Assembly (NCBI GenBank): GCA_965116885.1
Contig: OZ220741.1
Span: forward strand, 3,456,001 to 3,520,000
Direction: 5' to 3'
Length of the DNA: 64,000 nt
From: Candidatus Latescibacterota bacterium
Lineage (GTDB): Bacteria; Latescibacterota; UBA2968
The notes beneath the pieces were generated by a model, which saw nothing but the letters and a program-made list of their open reading frames with translations, was not told the DNA's origin and searched no databases. Position numbers and translations under genes: made by a program. This document shows positions 8,621-18,885 of this stretch, in pieces (the first letter of the stretch is position 1; every line of letters begins with the position of its first letter).

Positions 8621-10069
8621 TTAAGTGCCTTTGTAGATATTGGAGGAATACATTTCAAAGCCTTCGGGGCCAGGGTAGCCGTCGAAGAGATTGCATTCGG
8701 GTACATTGCCGGAGGCGCCATTTTTGAGCCAGTTGATGAAGATGGGGTCGGCATTGCGGTGTTCGAGTTCGGCGAGACCCGAGGCGTGAAGGTCTTGAAC
8801 GCGACTGGGATTTTCAGAAGCGATATTGTCCAGAGAGCCGTAGGGCGTGAGGATGCTGTCTTCGGGGTTGGGATGCCATTCGAGATAGCCTTCCTGATCG
8901 AAGACGGTAAAGTAGCCGCGTTGAAGATGTCGCATCGCTTTGCCGCGCGCCACGCCTGATAGGGCGATTTCGCGGTTGCCCAGGCTGTTTTCACGCGCAG
9001 CTTTGAGGATGTCGTAACTTTCGATATTGTCGGGAACAGGCGCGCCTGATAGGTTGGCGATGGTGGCGAAGAAATCTTGTGGTTGAAAGATGGCAGAACT
9101 GCGACCTGTGTCGCCTTCGGGTGTTTTGATGAAAAGTGGGATGTGGATTTCTTGTTCGCGAACGGGTGCGCCTTTGCCAAATCTGCCGCGTTCACCGACG
9201 TTGGTGCCGTGATCGCCTGCGACGAGTATGGCGGTGTTTTTGGATAGACCCGTGGCTTCAAAGGCTTCGAGGAAGCGGCCAAAGCAGTGGTCCATCCAGG
9301 TGACTTTGGCTGCATAACTGGCTTTGATGCGTGCTCTGGCTTCGTCGGGCAGGTTGGGATTGCTGCGGGCTTGTGTTCCGCCCTTGAATATGCGAGGATC
9401 GAGGCGCCCATCATAACCAGGCGTTTTGTCGTATTTGAGCATGAATTCGGGGGGTACGTCCCAGGGTTCGTGGGGGTCGAAGCAGTCGATCCAGAGGAAG
9501 AAATTTTCCCGGTTTTTATTGTCGCGAAGAAACTCGGCGGCGGTGTTGAAGAGTTTGGCGCAGTTCCAGTCGTCTAAGTTTTCGCGGCCTCTGTTGGTGC
9601 GGGCATATTGAATGGTTGGTATTGGGAGTTCGTCTTCGAGGATGTCAAAGAGCGGGTCTTTTGCCCAGTTGCTGGGCCATTTGGCTTCGTCATTTATCCA
9701 GGCGCGGTCAATTTCGGCACCGCGGATGAAGGTCCAGGTGTGAAAGGGATAATCGAAGGCATGGCCCCCGTTGACGAGGTGGGGGGTGTCGTGCAGGAGT
9801 TGCGTTGCGTAGCCTGCTTCGCCGAGGACATACGGCAGTGCATTGGTGTTGAAGGGCAGGGGTTTCCAGGCGTGAAAGGGACTGCCGTATTTGCCGGTCA
9901 TGACGTCGGTGCGATAGGGGATGGTGGGAAAGCTCGCTGCGAAAGCACGGTCGAAACACCAGGATTGTGAGGATAGGCGGTCGAGGTTGGGTGTTTCGAT
10001 CCAGTCATTGCCGTTGGCACCGATATAGTCGTAGCGCATGGTGTCGATGATTAAGAGAATGATGTTCAT
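8621..10069 (-). CDS. Sulfatase-family hydrolase with TxPxR signature
   Basis: Start moved to MNIILLIIDTMRYD (GGAG RBS upstream); TPNLDRL, FPTIPYRTDVMTG, FDPHEPW, GDHG. Confidence 0.85.
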   Translation of the reverse strand: MNIILLIIDTMRYDYIGANGNDWIETPNLDRLSSQSWCFDRAFAASFPTIPYRTDVMTGKYGSPFHAWKPLPFNTNALPYVLGEAGYATQLLHDTPHLVNGGHAFDYPFHTWTFIRGAEIDRAWINDEAKWPSNWAKDPLFDILEDELPIPTIQYARTNRGRENLDDWNCAKLFNTAAEFLRDNKNRENFFLWIDCFDPHEPWDVPPEFMLKYDKTPGYDGRLDPRIFKGGTQARSNPNLPDEARARIKASYAAKVTWMDHCFGRFLEAFEATGLSKNTAILVAGDHGTNVGERGRFGKGAPVREQEIHIPLFIKTPEGDTGRSSAIFQPQDFFATIANLSGAPVPDNIESYDILKAARENSLGNREIALSGVARGKAMRHLQRGYFTVFDQEGYLEWHPNPEDSILTPYGSLDNIASENPSRVQDLHASGLAELEHRNADPIFINWLKNGASGNVPECNLFDGYPGPEGFEMYSSNIYKGT

Positions 10070-10252
10070 TGTAAATCTCCGAAGACGGATGGACGAATTA
10101 AAACTCTTGAGGCCGAAATAAGCTATAGACCCATTTGTTCCGACACAATAGAAATACATACCGGTTGGGCTGCCATTTCTTCATTGCTTTCTCTCGCGGA
10201 TTTGTTCATATAAACAAGCCGTTGTTATCTTTTTGAAACAGGAGGTTATCGG

Positions 10253-11233
10253 ATGTCCAAACCGCTTTATCAACTGGACTGGCAGCGTTGGGAGCAGCCG
10301 ATTCTGTCGGGGATGACCACAAACCAGGACTGGTGCCGGGTGACGTTGTACAGCCCGACTGTTCTCCGTATGGGCGATACGTACAAAATGTGGTATCTGG
10401 GCAACCGAACGGCCACGCGTACGAGCGATATGGATCTGGGGTATGCCGAGTCCCCGGATGGGCTGACCTGGACGCCACATCCGGACAATCCGATCCTCAG
10501 CGGCGGGTTGCCGTGGGGCCGTGCGTGGCAAACGCCGCATGTGATCTTCGACAGCGATGAGAATCTTTACAAGATGTGGTTCGTGATGGCTGATAGCCGT
10601 CCGGGTGAAGGGGGCAGGGCGATCGTTCTGGGACAGAAGCTGGGGTATGCGACCAGTTCCGACGGTCTGGCATGGGAGGCCTACTCCGAGTCGATCTATC
10701 CGAGCGGGCGGGGGCCATGCGTGTTGAAGGAGGGACCAAATGCCTACCGCATGTGGATGTGTTCATCCCCCAGTCCGGACGGAGAATTTGGAGATCTGGT
10801 AGGGAATATCTACCACTTCGAATCGACCGACGGCATCGCCTGGACGCGGAACTCCGAACCGATGATCCGGGCCACGGAAACGCGCCAGAGTGTGGTCTAT
10901 CCGAGCGTTTTGCGGGATGAGCAGGGATATACGATGTGGTACGGATGCCATGTGGAGGGGGGAATCTTTGAGATTTTCTGTTCAACGTCGGAGGACGGGC
11001 TGAATTGGACGCACCACCTGAAGGAGCCTTCGTTTCCCGCAACACGCAATCCAAACGATTTCGACGGACGATACACATCCACGCCATGCGTGCTGGACGA
11101 CGGTGACCGCTACCTGATGTACTATTCCGCCCGAGACTGGGGAAACCTCTACCGGGCTGGGGACGGGACGATTAAGACCGACGGCGCGGGTATTTACCGC
11201 CACATCGGAGTGGCCGTATGTCCGAAGGAATGA
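10253..11233 (+). CDS. Five-bladed beta-propeller glycoside hydrolase-like protein (GH32/43/130-like fold)
   Basis: Repeated P-x-V...YKMWY...GYAxSxDGLxW blades; GGAGG RBS. Confidence 0.75.
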   Translation: MSKPLYQLDWQRWEQPILSGMTTNQDWCRVTLYSPTVLRMGDTYKMWYLGNRTATRTSDMDLGYAESPDGLTWTPHPDNPILSGGLPWGRAWQTPHVIFDSDENLYKMWFVMADSRPGEGGRAIVLGQKLGYATSSDGLAWEAYSESIYPSGRGPCVLKEGPNAYRMWMCSSPSPDGEFGDLVGNIYHFESTDGIAWTRNSEPMIRATETRQSVVYPSVLRDEQGYTMWYGCHVEGGIFEIFCSTSEDGLNWTHHLKEPSFPATRNPNDFDGRYTSTPCVLDDGDRYLMYYSARDWGNLYRAGDGTIKTDGAGIYRHIGVAVCPKE

Positions 11234-11264
11234 ACCGCTTTAACAGGTCAAGTCCACTCAGACT

Positions 11265-13244
11265 TTAACGTTGTTCCGACGACTTTATTCGTTTCACGAC
11301 GGGCGCTCTCTTCCTTGGAGGATAATCTGGGTGCAACCCGGCCATTCGCGGCGTCTGGGGACGGATCGGTCCCCAGTTGATCGCATAGGGGTGATCCTTA
11401 CAGAGTTGCTCGATCTTTTCCCAGGTGGCGAGTACGTTCGCCTGTTCGCTTTTGTCTCCGTTCCAATACCGGGTCATTCCAGCGCGAATGTCGATCATGT
11501 GGCGGGTGTGATCCAGGCCTATGCGGACGAAATCGATCCGCGCCCCGAACCGCTCCGGTTCGTCCGTAACCTTGCGTGACGCCTGTTCGAGTAGCGCGTA
11601 AGCGCGGTCGAAGAACGCATTGTCATAGACATCCGGGTATGCTCGTTTACTTGCCCAAAAGATGTTGCGCGTCTCCTCCATCAGATTCCAATAGGTCTCG
11701 AGTTCCGTAGCTGCTGGGCCGAATGCACGTTGATAGTAATTCTGTAGAATCGTCTGCCCATCCTGCGACGGATCCCACAAGAGATGCGCCATGAGATAGT
11801 ATTGTGGCCCGTGCGTTGCCCAGTGTTCCCATACCATATCGACAAAGATGCCCATCGCTTTTTCACCGATCAGTTTGAAGTCCTCAATCGCTTGTGTGAG
11901 AGCCACATCCGGCTGCCCCTGAGGCCAGCCCGCGGGGTCACCGACATTGGGTCGCCACATCATGTGCTTCGCGACCTTCGACCACGCGATGTATTGCTCT
12001 TTGTGTGTGGAACCCCTGGTCGAACCACGGTCGATCAGGCCGTCTCGGTTGAGGAAATTCGCCACGCTTGCCACAATGACATTCTCTGCCGGAACTTCGC
12101 GAATCGGAGCAGGCCGGGAATGCCCGTAGGCGAGCATCATGACATAGTAGTCTCGATCCGGATAGCGCTGCTTGAGTAGCCGCGCACATGTGTTAGCAAA
12201 CCGGACGTGCCGATCAGATAGTGCGGGCAGTTCCTGCCTGGTCCCTTTCCAGTGAAACGAACGGAGTTCGCCATCCGGATGGTCCCAGGCGCGACAGGGC
12301 TTACAAACACAATGCCCGCTAGCCCAGCTGTCGTTAGGCGACGCATTGAAGACGCGTTGATTTGGGTTTTGTTTTAGTGCTTTCTCGACATCCGCGAGCC
12401 ATTGCTGCGGCACCTCCGGATTCGATTGGCAGAGCTTGGCGTATTTGGGTTGTGGAAATCCGCTCCGCGTTCCGTCAGGCTGAAGTGCGAAGAATTCGGG
12501 GTGTGTTTCGTGAAATCGCTCCCACCAGTTGCGGAATCCATGCCCCCCTTCCATTTCGAGGGAACCCAACTGTAGCCGTTGACGACGTGTCCACTTCTGG
12601 GATCGACCGTATGATCCCCTGGGCGCCAGCCTGGAGTAACTGAACAGTCCGGCCCGGAAACGAAGACTGGGATGGTAGCGATAGCTGAAGGTCGCGAAGC
12701 GGATGGATTCCTGAGGGATGATATCCTCGCCGAGATCGCCAGGCCAGAACCAACGCACGCCGAGTCGGTCGTGCAGAAACGTATAGATCGCATTTACAGT
12801 CCCATACTCTTGCTGGATTCCCTCGATTCGTTTTCCGTTGATCTGTGCAATCAGGTGGTTGGGATCCCAACGGTCTCGCCCCGCGATTACGAGGTGCTTT
12901 TCGCTCGCCGCGATGACGATTTCCTCGGGGTGTCGGAAGTCGAAGTCGATCTTTGGAAACAGCGAATCAAGCGCCGGTTGATAACCCACCCAGATGGCCC
13001 GATCTGGGAATTGGCGGGGTGGACCGTCGATCCATTCCGGTCGAGTGCCACAGGTTTTCTCGATGTAATCGGCAAGATCAATCGCGGCTTTGCGCGTGAA
13101 AGGTGGTGCATCTGGAAAGAGGATCAGCGGCGCCGGTTTGATCCCGGCTTTTTTATCGACGAGGGTGAACTCGGCGGTATCGGCTGCTGAAATCGAGGTT
13201 AGCACGATGGAAACGGTGCGGAGCAGCTTTATTTTTTTTAACAT
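11265..13244 (-). CDS. Secreted DUF4838-type protein (putative glycoside hydrolase)
   Basis: Signal-like N terminus; GTVNAIYTFL...LGVRWFWPG; HPEFFAL; LCQSNPEV; SPND; CVCKPC; LAY. Confidence 0.75.
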   Translation of the reverse strand: MLKKIKLLRTVSIVLTSISAADTAEFTLVDKKAGIKPAPLILFPDAPPFTRKAAIDLADYIEKTCGTRPEWIDGPPRQFPDRAIWVGYQPALDSLFPKIDFDFRHPEEIVIAASEKHLVIAGRDRWDPNHLIAQINGKRIEGIQQEYGTVNAIYTFLHDRLGVRWFWPGDLGEDIIPQESIRFATFSYRYHPSLRFRAGLFSYSRLAPRGSYGRSQKWTRRQRLQLGSLEMEGGHGFRNWWERFHETHPEFFALQPDGTRSGFPQPKYAKLCQSNPEVPQQWLADVEKALKQNPNQRVFNASPNDSWASGHCVCKPCRAWDHPDGELRSFHWKGTRQELPALSDRHVRFANTCARLLKQRYPDRDYYVMMLAYGHSRPAPIREVPAENVIVASVANFLNRDGLIDRGSTRGSTHKEQYIAWSKVAKHMMWRPNVGDPAGWPQGQPDVALTQAIEDFKLIGEKAMGIFVDMVWEHWATHGPQYYLMAHLLWDPSQDGQTILQNYYQRAFGPAATELETYWNLMEETRNIFWASKRAYPDVYDNAFFDRAYALLEQASRKVTDEPERFGARIDFVRIGLDHTRHMIDIRAGMTRYWNGDKSEQANVLATWEKIEQLCKDHPYAINWGPIRPQTPRMAGLHPDYPPRKRAPVVKRIKSSEQR

Positions 13245-13303
13245 GTTTTATTCCTTTCAGCAGGCGTTCAGTCAGTTTTTCCATATAGAAAGGCCATTTT
13301 GAA

Positions 13304-13828
13304 TTACGTTTGGAGCCTTTGAAAGGCTTTAAGAGTTGCAGGATCAGTGACTATTTCCCTTGCGGCTTCAATAGTCAACCATTTGGCAGCATAGAATTCC
13401 TGCATATCAATATTGAAATTGCTGCCATCTGTAAGAAGCAAATACCAGATGTCATAATGAGACTGACAGGGTTGCACAGGATTTTCTATTGGTGTAATGG
13501 TCAACAAAAACGGTTGTGGTTCGAATTTAAAAAAGCGCCATATTCCCAATTCTTCACCTATCTCACGGTTCAAAGCTGCCAGAAGCGTCTCGTCTTTATC
13601 TATATGACCGCCGGGAGAAAGCCAGAGGCCAGACTTTTTATGGTGGATGACAAATACCTTTTTGCTCTGGGAATCATAGGGGAGAAAATAGACACAAAAA
13701 TGGGTCTCCGGATTTTCATCTCGCGTTGGTTTTCCTTCTTTCACTCTTTGTTTATAGCGACTATAGGTTTCCCCATTGTCACATATATCACGGTCGATAA
13801 CTTTTGCAATTGATTCTTGTGTTTTCAT
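13304..13828 (-). CDS. NUDIX hydrolase
   Basis: Nudix box GGHIDKDETLLAALNREIGEELG. Confidence 0.9.
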   Translation of the reverse strand: MKTQESIAKVIDRDICDNGETYSRYKQRVKEGKPTRDENPETHFCVYFLPYDSQSKKVFVIHHKKSGLWLSPGGHIDKDETLLAALNREIGEELGIWRFFKFEPQPFLLTITPIENPVQPCQSHYDIWYLLLTDGSNFNIDMQEFYAAKWLTIEAAREIVTDPATLKAFQRLQT

Positions 13829-13960
13829 AGCGGCTTTTCGGGTAGGTTCCGTTGAGTAATGGGTTATGCGTTTCTAAAGAATACTGTAGTTTCATGGGCC
13901 TTTATTTGTTGAGCATACTATACAGGCGTGGGATCTGTTCGACCAGGATTTCTGCCCTGG

Positions 13961-14739
13961 TCATCTTTTTTTGTCTTCGATACTAACAACAGACGGGATC
14001 ATCCGAGCAGTTGTTCCAAGAACGAGGGTCAGTAATCCCCCTGTTAGGAACCACGGCTGCGGGCCAAATACATCGGTTACAGGACCTATCACGATGAGCC
14101 CAAGCATAGTTGTAAATTGCACGGAACTATGGAGAGCACCAAATACGCGGCCTTGTAGATGGGGAGCGACATTGGCCTGAAGGAGTGCGCGGAGAGGCGC
14201 GTTAATTAGCGAGCTACCGACACCGCTTAAAGCTATGCCCGTGATGGCTAAAGCAAAGCGGGTATGAGGGGTGATACCTACGAGTATTGTTCCAATGCCA
14301 TACACAATCCAGCCGAAGATCGTCGTCATGATTCGGCGACGGAATCCACCCCAGGCCCCGACCAGAAGACCTCCCAGGACAATGCCCACTCCCCAGGCAG
14401 AATTAAACCAACCAAGTTCGGTAGCACCTCCATTGAAGTGATCTGTTATCAAGAGGGGCGAGATGGTCATCTTCGTGTTCCCAAATATGTTTAATACGGC
14501 AGCAATTAAGATTAAGTTCCGAAGACCAATCCATCTCCACTGATGGGAGCCAAAAAGACTTCTGGTAGGTAGGCGACAAGGACTGAGGTCGCGAGAATGG
14601 TCGCAGATCCCGTCTTTTCCGTAAGCCACCACACCAGGGCAAATTGTGCAACTTGGGTTCCAAGAGACGACAGCGTTTGTCCTGTCCAGATGGTAAAGAA
14701 TCCACCAGCCCATGAACCGTCTCTATTCAGATGAATCAA
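13961..14739 (-). pseudogene. MFS (macrolide-efflux-like) transporter pseudogene with internal deletion and frameshift
   Basis: N terminus FFTIWTGQTLSSLGTQVAQFALVWWLT..TGSA is in one frame (14512..14739). The C-terminal half (WIGLRNL...LQANVAPHLQGRVFG) is in another. Total length is far short of a 12-TM MFS; junction near 14530-14545. Confidence 0.85.
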
Positions 14740-14742
14740 TCA

Positions 14743-15324
14743 TTACTCCTTTTGACCTGAATCGGCGAGAAAGAACGTTCCCCTCTTTTTAAACCGAAAA
14801 CTCTCATCGGGTACGATAAACTCCAGTTTATCACACAAAAAAGAGCCAGATGGAACTGAATTTTGGAGCTGTGCACAAAGCTCAAGGCTCTCGTCTATGG
14901 ATATGAACTCTGCAATGGTCATGTGCGGAGCTATGTTGCGCCTGTGATACGCTTCGCCGGAAAATGCCGATGTACCGTGGAGGATCTGCTTTAAATTATC
15001 GATAGGCTCTCGTGGCCTTATAGGATACGAGACGCCAGGGTGCTTGGTTGAGGCATGCGGCTTGTCGTAATGAAGCGTGAATGGCTGAACATCAGTAAGG
15101 ACGTTGTTGATTTCATCAATAAGATCAGGCGTCATTTCCCGACCCAAGGGATCCGACAAAGAGATGTGCGTCGAACAGGAGTCAGCAGAGCGGGGATCAT
15201 ATTTTGCTCGCAAGAGATCGATCTCCTGAGATACCTCTGGAGGGGGCATGATAAGGATGAGGCCAAATCGGTAGTCGCGTTGCCAATCTTCCCACTTCGA
15301 TGTGTTTTTTACGTATGAAATCAT
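14743..15324 (-). CDS. 2H phosphoesterase (2'-5' RNA ligase family)
   Basis: Two HxS/T motifs (THISL, PHMTIA); RAKYDP segment. Confidence 0.85.
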   Translation of the reverse strand: MISYVKNTSKWEDWQRDYRFGLILIMPPPEVSQEIDLLRAKYDPRSADSCSTHISLSDPLGREMTPDLIDEINNVLTDVQPFTLHYDKPHASTKHPGVSYPIRPREPIDNLKQILHGTSAFSGEAYHRRNIAPHMTIAEFISIDESLELCAQLQNSVPSGSFLCDKLEFIVPDESFRFKKRGTFFLADSGQKE

Positions 15325-15487
15325 GAGGAACTCTCACAGGGTGCTGGTATCGGCGTAATTAGCAATGAAATCCGCGTGATTTTTCTATGAGATAGCCTGT
15401 GTAATCCGAATAGAGCCTTCCAACAGAATCTCTCCGTGTTCGTCTTTTCTCTCAGTTCTCCCCTGTTTTTTTCCTGTTTTGCTGTCT

Positions 15488-16288
15488 TTACTTGGTTACC
15501 GACCAGTAGGTATTGGTGATATGTGGCGAACCCACGTAGGGTTTGCCGTCGTGGCTCCCGTATAATTCCCACTGGTCAAATCCACTCAACCGTAGTAGTA
15601 ACTGAAATTCTTCCTTGTGAATCCAGCGAGTCTGCATTGGCACTTTGGCCGTTTCCCCGTCATACTCAAATGTCCAGGTGTAGGTTTCCGTCTGCGATGT
15701 CAGATCACATATTTTTGAGTAATTAACCTGAATCGGCTTCCCTGTCTCGGGGTGCATGCACTCGCCGAACTCCTCCTCTGCTGGCGGGATATTTTGGTGA
15801 AGGAGTATGTCTTCTGTATAGGAGGGAATGTAGAAGTTCAGGAGCAGGCGTCCCCCTGGCTGCAGATGCTCATAGACACGTCGAAGGCAGTCTATTTGGC
15901 TTTGTTGAGTCGGCAGCATCATGAAGGAACTGGCAGGTATGAGAACCGCTACAAATTGGCAGTCATAGATGAAATCGGCAAGATCCTGTTGTGAGATTCG
16001 AGAATCTATATCTGAAATTCCCAAATTTATTGCTTTGTGCCTGAGCACTTCCAACATGGGAAGCGAAATATCAAACCCAAAGATATCAAGCCCATCCAGC
16101 AGCAGAGGCAGCATTTTACAACCCGTTCCACAGGCAGCCTCCAATATCGCACCGCGCGTGTTCTGCAATTGATTTCGGTAAAAATGTAACTCCCGTTCAT
16201 TTAGTGCAGAGCGGCCACCAGTCTCGTTCCATTGGTCATAGATTAGCGCCCACCAATGGGTATCATAGTTACTTCCAGTCTCTTGCAT
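15488..16288 (-). CDS. Class I SAM-dependent methyltransferase
   Basis: ILEAACGTG, GFDIS, HLQPGGRLLL, LLRLSGF. Confidence 0.9.
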   Translation of the reverse strand: MQETGSNYDTHWWALIYDQWNETGGRSALNERELHFYRNQLQNTRGAILEAACGTGCKMLPLLLDGLDIFGFDISLPMLEVLRHKAINLGISDIDSRISQQDLADFIYDCQFVAVLIPASSFMMLPTQQSQIDCLRRVYEHLQPGGRLLLNFYIPSYTEDILLHQNIPPAEEEFGECMHPETGKPIQVNYSKICDLTSQTETYTWTFEYDGETAKVPMQTRWIHKEEFQLLLRLSGFDQWELYGSHDGKPYVGSPHITNTYWSVTK

Positions 16289-16367
16289 GAGTACCCCTAT
16301 GCAAAGAGTTGAGAATGACTTGTCCTCAGTCTCTTTAAAAGGTCTGCTTCAACCTCAACAAATCGGT

Positions 16368-16919
16368 TCAGTAGTCTGTATTATGCCTGGATTCAAATTC
16401 TGCTCGCAATATCCCGAATAAGAGCCTATCCCAACGCCGGTTGGACCAATATATAGCCTCGCGCTCGCACCCTTCCTGAGTAAACCCGAGTTTTTCGAGA
16501 ACTCGGATGGCACCCGTATTATTGGCGGCTGTCACAGCCGAAATTCTGTACAGGTCCAAATGCTCAAATCCAAAGCGAAGGATTACCAGTGCAGCATCTG
16601 TGCAGTACCCTTTACCTCTATCCCTCCTGCGAGCAATGCCAGCACCGAGGCTGGCGGTACGATTTCTCAAGTCGATTTCCGACAACTGAATATCGCCAAG
16701 GAGATTTCCATCTGGACTGAAAATGCCCAGGTAAATTTGACTCTTGCCTTGTTGCTCCTGGATTTCCTCGAACCATTTGTCCGAACCCTCGAGTGAATGA
16801 CCGGGCCTGACTGGTTCTGTCGGGATTGGCTCCTCGAGCTCATAATGCTCCCAAAGGGTGCGGCAATGCTCGCGTTCCATTGTCCGCAATACCACTTTTT
16901 TACCACGTAACTCGATCAT
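16368..16919 (-). CDS. GNAT acetyltransferase, RimJ/RimL family
   Basis: RGKGYCTDA, FGFEHLDLYRI, NTGAIRVLEKLGF. Confidence 0.9.
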   Translation of the reverse strand: MIELRGKKVVLRTMEREHCRTLWEHYELEEPIPTEPVRPGHSLEGSDKWFEEIQEQQGKSQIYLGIFSPDGNLLGDIQLSEIDLRNRTASLGAGIARRRDRGKGYCTDAALVILRFGFEHLDLYRISAVTAANNTGAIRVLEKLGFTQEGCEREAIYWSNRRWDRLLFGILRAEFESRHNTDY

Positions 16920-16961
16920 GATAGGGATCCCCGATTTAGTTCAAACATCGTGCAGACTGTC

Positions 16962-17663
16962 TCAACTGCCGACTACCTTATTTTTTCTAAGAATCGGAAA
17001 TTCGGCACCTTTCATTCCGGTGTCTGTCAAATATGTAAGGTTGCAATGATGATACGCACAGATATAGCTTCTACGTAATTTATCAGATGAATTGGAGCCG
17101 CTTCTATGTAGAACATGCGAATGAAAAATAGCGATTTCACCTGCGTGCATTTCGATGGGGACCTGATTTTTATCATCCACATCTTGCGCGAACCGACCTG
17201 CGTAGAATGTTTCCGTTTCTCTCAAGAATACATGATCAAGTCGTCCCCATTTGTGTGAGCCTGGTATCACCCATAAACATCCATTGCGGATAGTAACAAC
17301 ATCAAGGGCAACCCAACAAGTGATGTAATGTTCCGGCTCTGTCAGACCGTACTGAGCATCTTGATGCCAATAAAATTCTTTGCCTTGAAACGGAGGTTTA
17401 TGAGCTATTAAATTCCAATGAAGATCGGCATTGGGCCCAACCAGTTTCTTACAAGCTTCGACAAAGAGCGGTTGTTTTACGAACTCTGCAAATAGGCCAC
17501 TCTTCAAATGAGGATTGCGTTGAAACCATTTGGGATTGTCTGCGTTATATTTTTCACATTCCTTGGTCAGCTTGTCGAGCCACTCACCTGAGACTTTTTG
17601 TCCAACAATGAAAAACCCTTTCTCATCAAAGTCACGAAGATTACGGCTGGTTATGATATCCAT
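16962..17663 (-). CDS. PhyH family dioxygenase
   Basis: WHQD, NGCLWVIPGSH, HRSGSNSS..RR. Start placed at MDIITS; the TTG at 17696 is an alternative. Confidence 0.88.
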   Translation of the reverse strand: MDIITSRNLRDFDEKGFFIVGQKVSGEWLDKLTKECEKYNADNPKWFQRNPHLKSGLFAEFVKQPLFVEACKKLVGPNADLHWNLIAHKPPFQGKEFYWHQDAQYGLTEPEHYITCWVALDVVTIRNGCLWVIPGSHKWGRLDHVFLRETETFYAGRFAQDVDDKNQVPIEMHAGEIAIFHSHVLHRSGSNSSDKLRRSYICAYHHCNLTYLTDTGMKGAEFPILRKNKVVGS

Positions 17664-17679
17664 TTTAGCCTTTCCCAAT

Positions 17680-18138
17680 TCATAGCCTCTTTTCAAAAAA
17701 AATCACATCGAACTCGGACACCCTTTGTCGTTCTATTTCACAATATCCGTTCTTTTCATATAGCTTGCGAGCCGCAATCTGCTGCACTGTTGTATCCAGG
17801 CAGAGTATTTTATAATTCAAATCATTAGCTCTCATCTCAAGTCTATTCAGAATCGTCTGACCAAATCCCCGTCTTTGAAAATTGGGATGAACGCGCATCC
17901 TTTTAATTTCTGCCTTATCATCTGATATTCGTTGCAAGGCACCCATTGCTACCAATTTCTTTTCGCAGAATCCTGTCAAAAACTCGCCTTTGTCAGATAG
18001 ATATGTCTCTTCAATAGTGTGAAGGTCATTGTCTTGAGCGCCACTGCCTGCATTCGCTCCAACCTGATCCAGTGCTAAGTTGTGTAGATTCCAGACTTCA
18101 TTGTGGTCAGAAGCCTGATAACGACGAATTTTTAACAT
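17680..18138 (-). CDS. GNAT family N-acetyltransferase
   Basis: AEIKRMRVHPNFQRRGFG, ARKLYEKNGY. Confidence 0.9.
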   Translation of the reverse strand: MLKIRRYQASDHNEVWNLHNLALDQVGANAGSGAQDNDLHTIEETYLSDKGEFLTGFCEKKLVAMGALQRISDDKAEIKRMRVHPNFQRRGFGQTILNRLEMRANDLNYKILCLDTTVQQIAARKLYEKNGYCEIERQRVSEFDVIFFEKRL

Positions 18139-18162
18139 GAATGTTTCCCTCTTTTTTCTTTA

Positions 18163-18885
18163 TCAGAGTTTCTTGCCTATCGCGCAGAAGACATTGTCGT
18201 AGGATTCACCCAGATCCGAGGCGCGAAATATGTGGATGTCCTGGAACCCGGCCGCTAAGTACAGGTTCTGGACTTCCTTCTCGTCAAAATAGTGCCAGAA
18301 GACCGGGCCATCCCCGTCCTCACTCTTGAGAATTAAGTCACCTTCTTCCAGGCCTTCGTTCTGGTCAATCCCCTCGTATCTCATGTCATCGGTAACTCGG
18401 GGTAGTGTAGAGGCACCATCGTGAACCGAAAGGGACATAAGTCCGGCAGAGGTGAGAACTCGAAAGGCTTCGTTTGCGAGGGTCTTGCGAGCTCGCGCAG
18501 TGGGGACGTTGGCAAGAACCTGACTCCATAAAGTAACGATGTCATATGAATCATCCGGTTCTGAAAATATGGCTCCATCAGTGACTTCAAACTCGACCTG
18601 GCTACCGGATTCAGCGGCTATACTTCGGGCCGCTGAAATAAGCGTATCGGATATGTCAATTCCCTTTACACGAAAGCCCAGGCTTTCAAGAGCAAAGGCT
18701 TCACGTCCAGCGCCACATCCTACGACCAGAGCACGACCGACATCCGGAAAGAATCGGTCAATCATGGTCTGTTCCCATCGGCGCAGTCCTTCGCTGACCC
18801 TCCGTACGTACTTCTCAGTTGCCTGAACGGTAGAGTAGCTATGTCGAACCTGACGGGCCAACTCATTTTTCTTTCCTCTGTTCAC
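18163..18885 (-). CDS. Class I SAM-dependent methyltransferase
   Basis: ALVVGCGAGRE, GIDIS. Probable GTG start overlapping the upstream stop (GTGA); start uncertain. Confidence 0.82.
   Translation of the reverse strand: MNRGKKNELARQVRHSYSTVQATEKYVRRVSEGLRRWEQTMIDRFFPDVGRALVVGCGAGREAFALESLGFRVKGIDISDTLISAARSIAAESGSQVEFEVTDGAIFSEPDDSYDIVTLWSQVLANVPTARARKTLANEAFRVLTSAGLMSLSVHDGASTLPRVTDDMRYEGIDQNEGLEEGDLILKSEDGDGPVFWHYFDEKEVQNLYLAAGFQDIHIFRASDLGESYDNVFCAIGKKL

Noticed and set aside
14520..14560. MFS frameshift as a target of the UCCA tRNA (TGGA occurs twice at the junction)
   Set aside because: The TGGA tetramers are not in the N-terminal reading frame, the shift needed is -1, and a large part of the protein is missing anyway.
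16336..16346. 11-mer CAGACCTTTTA shared with 42530 in gene orientation
   Set aside because: Too short to separate from chance; no flanking similarity.
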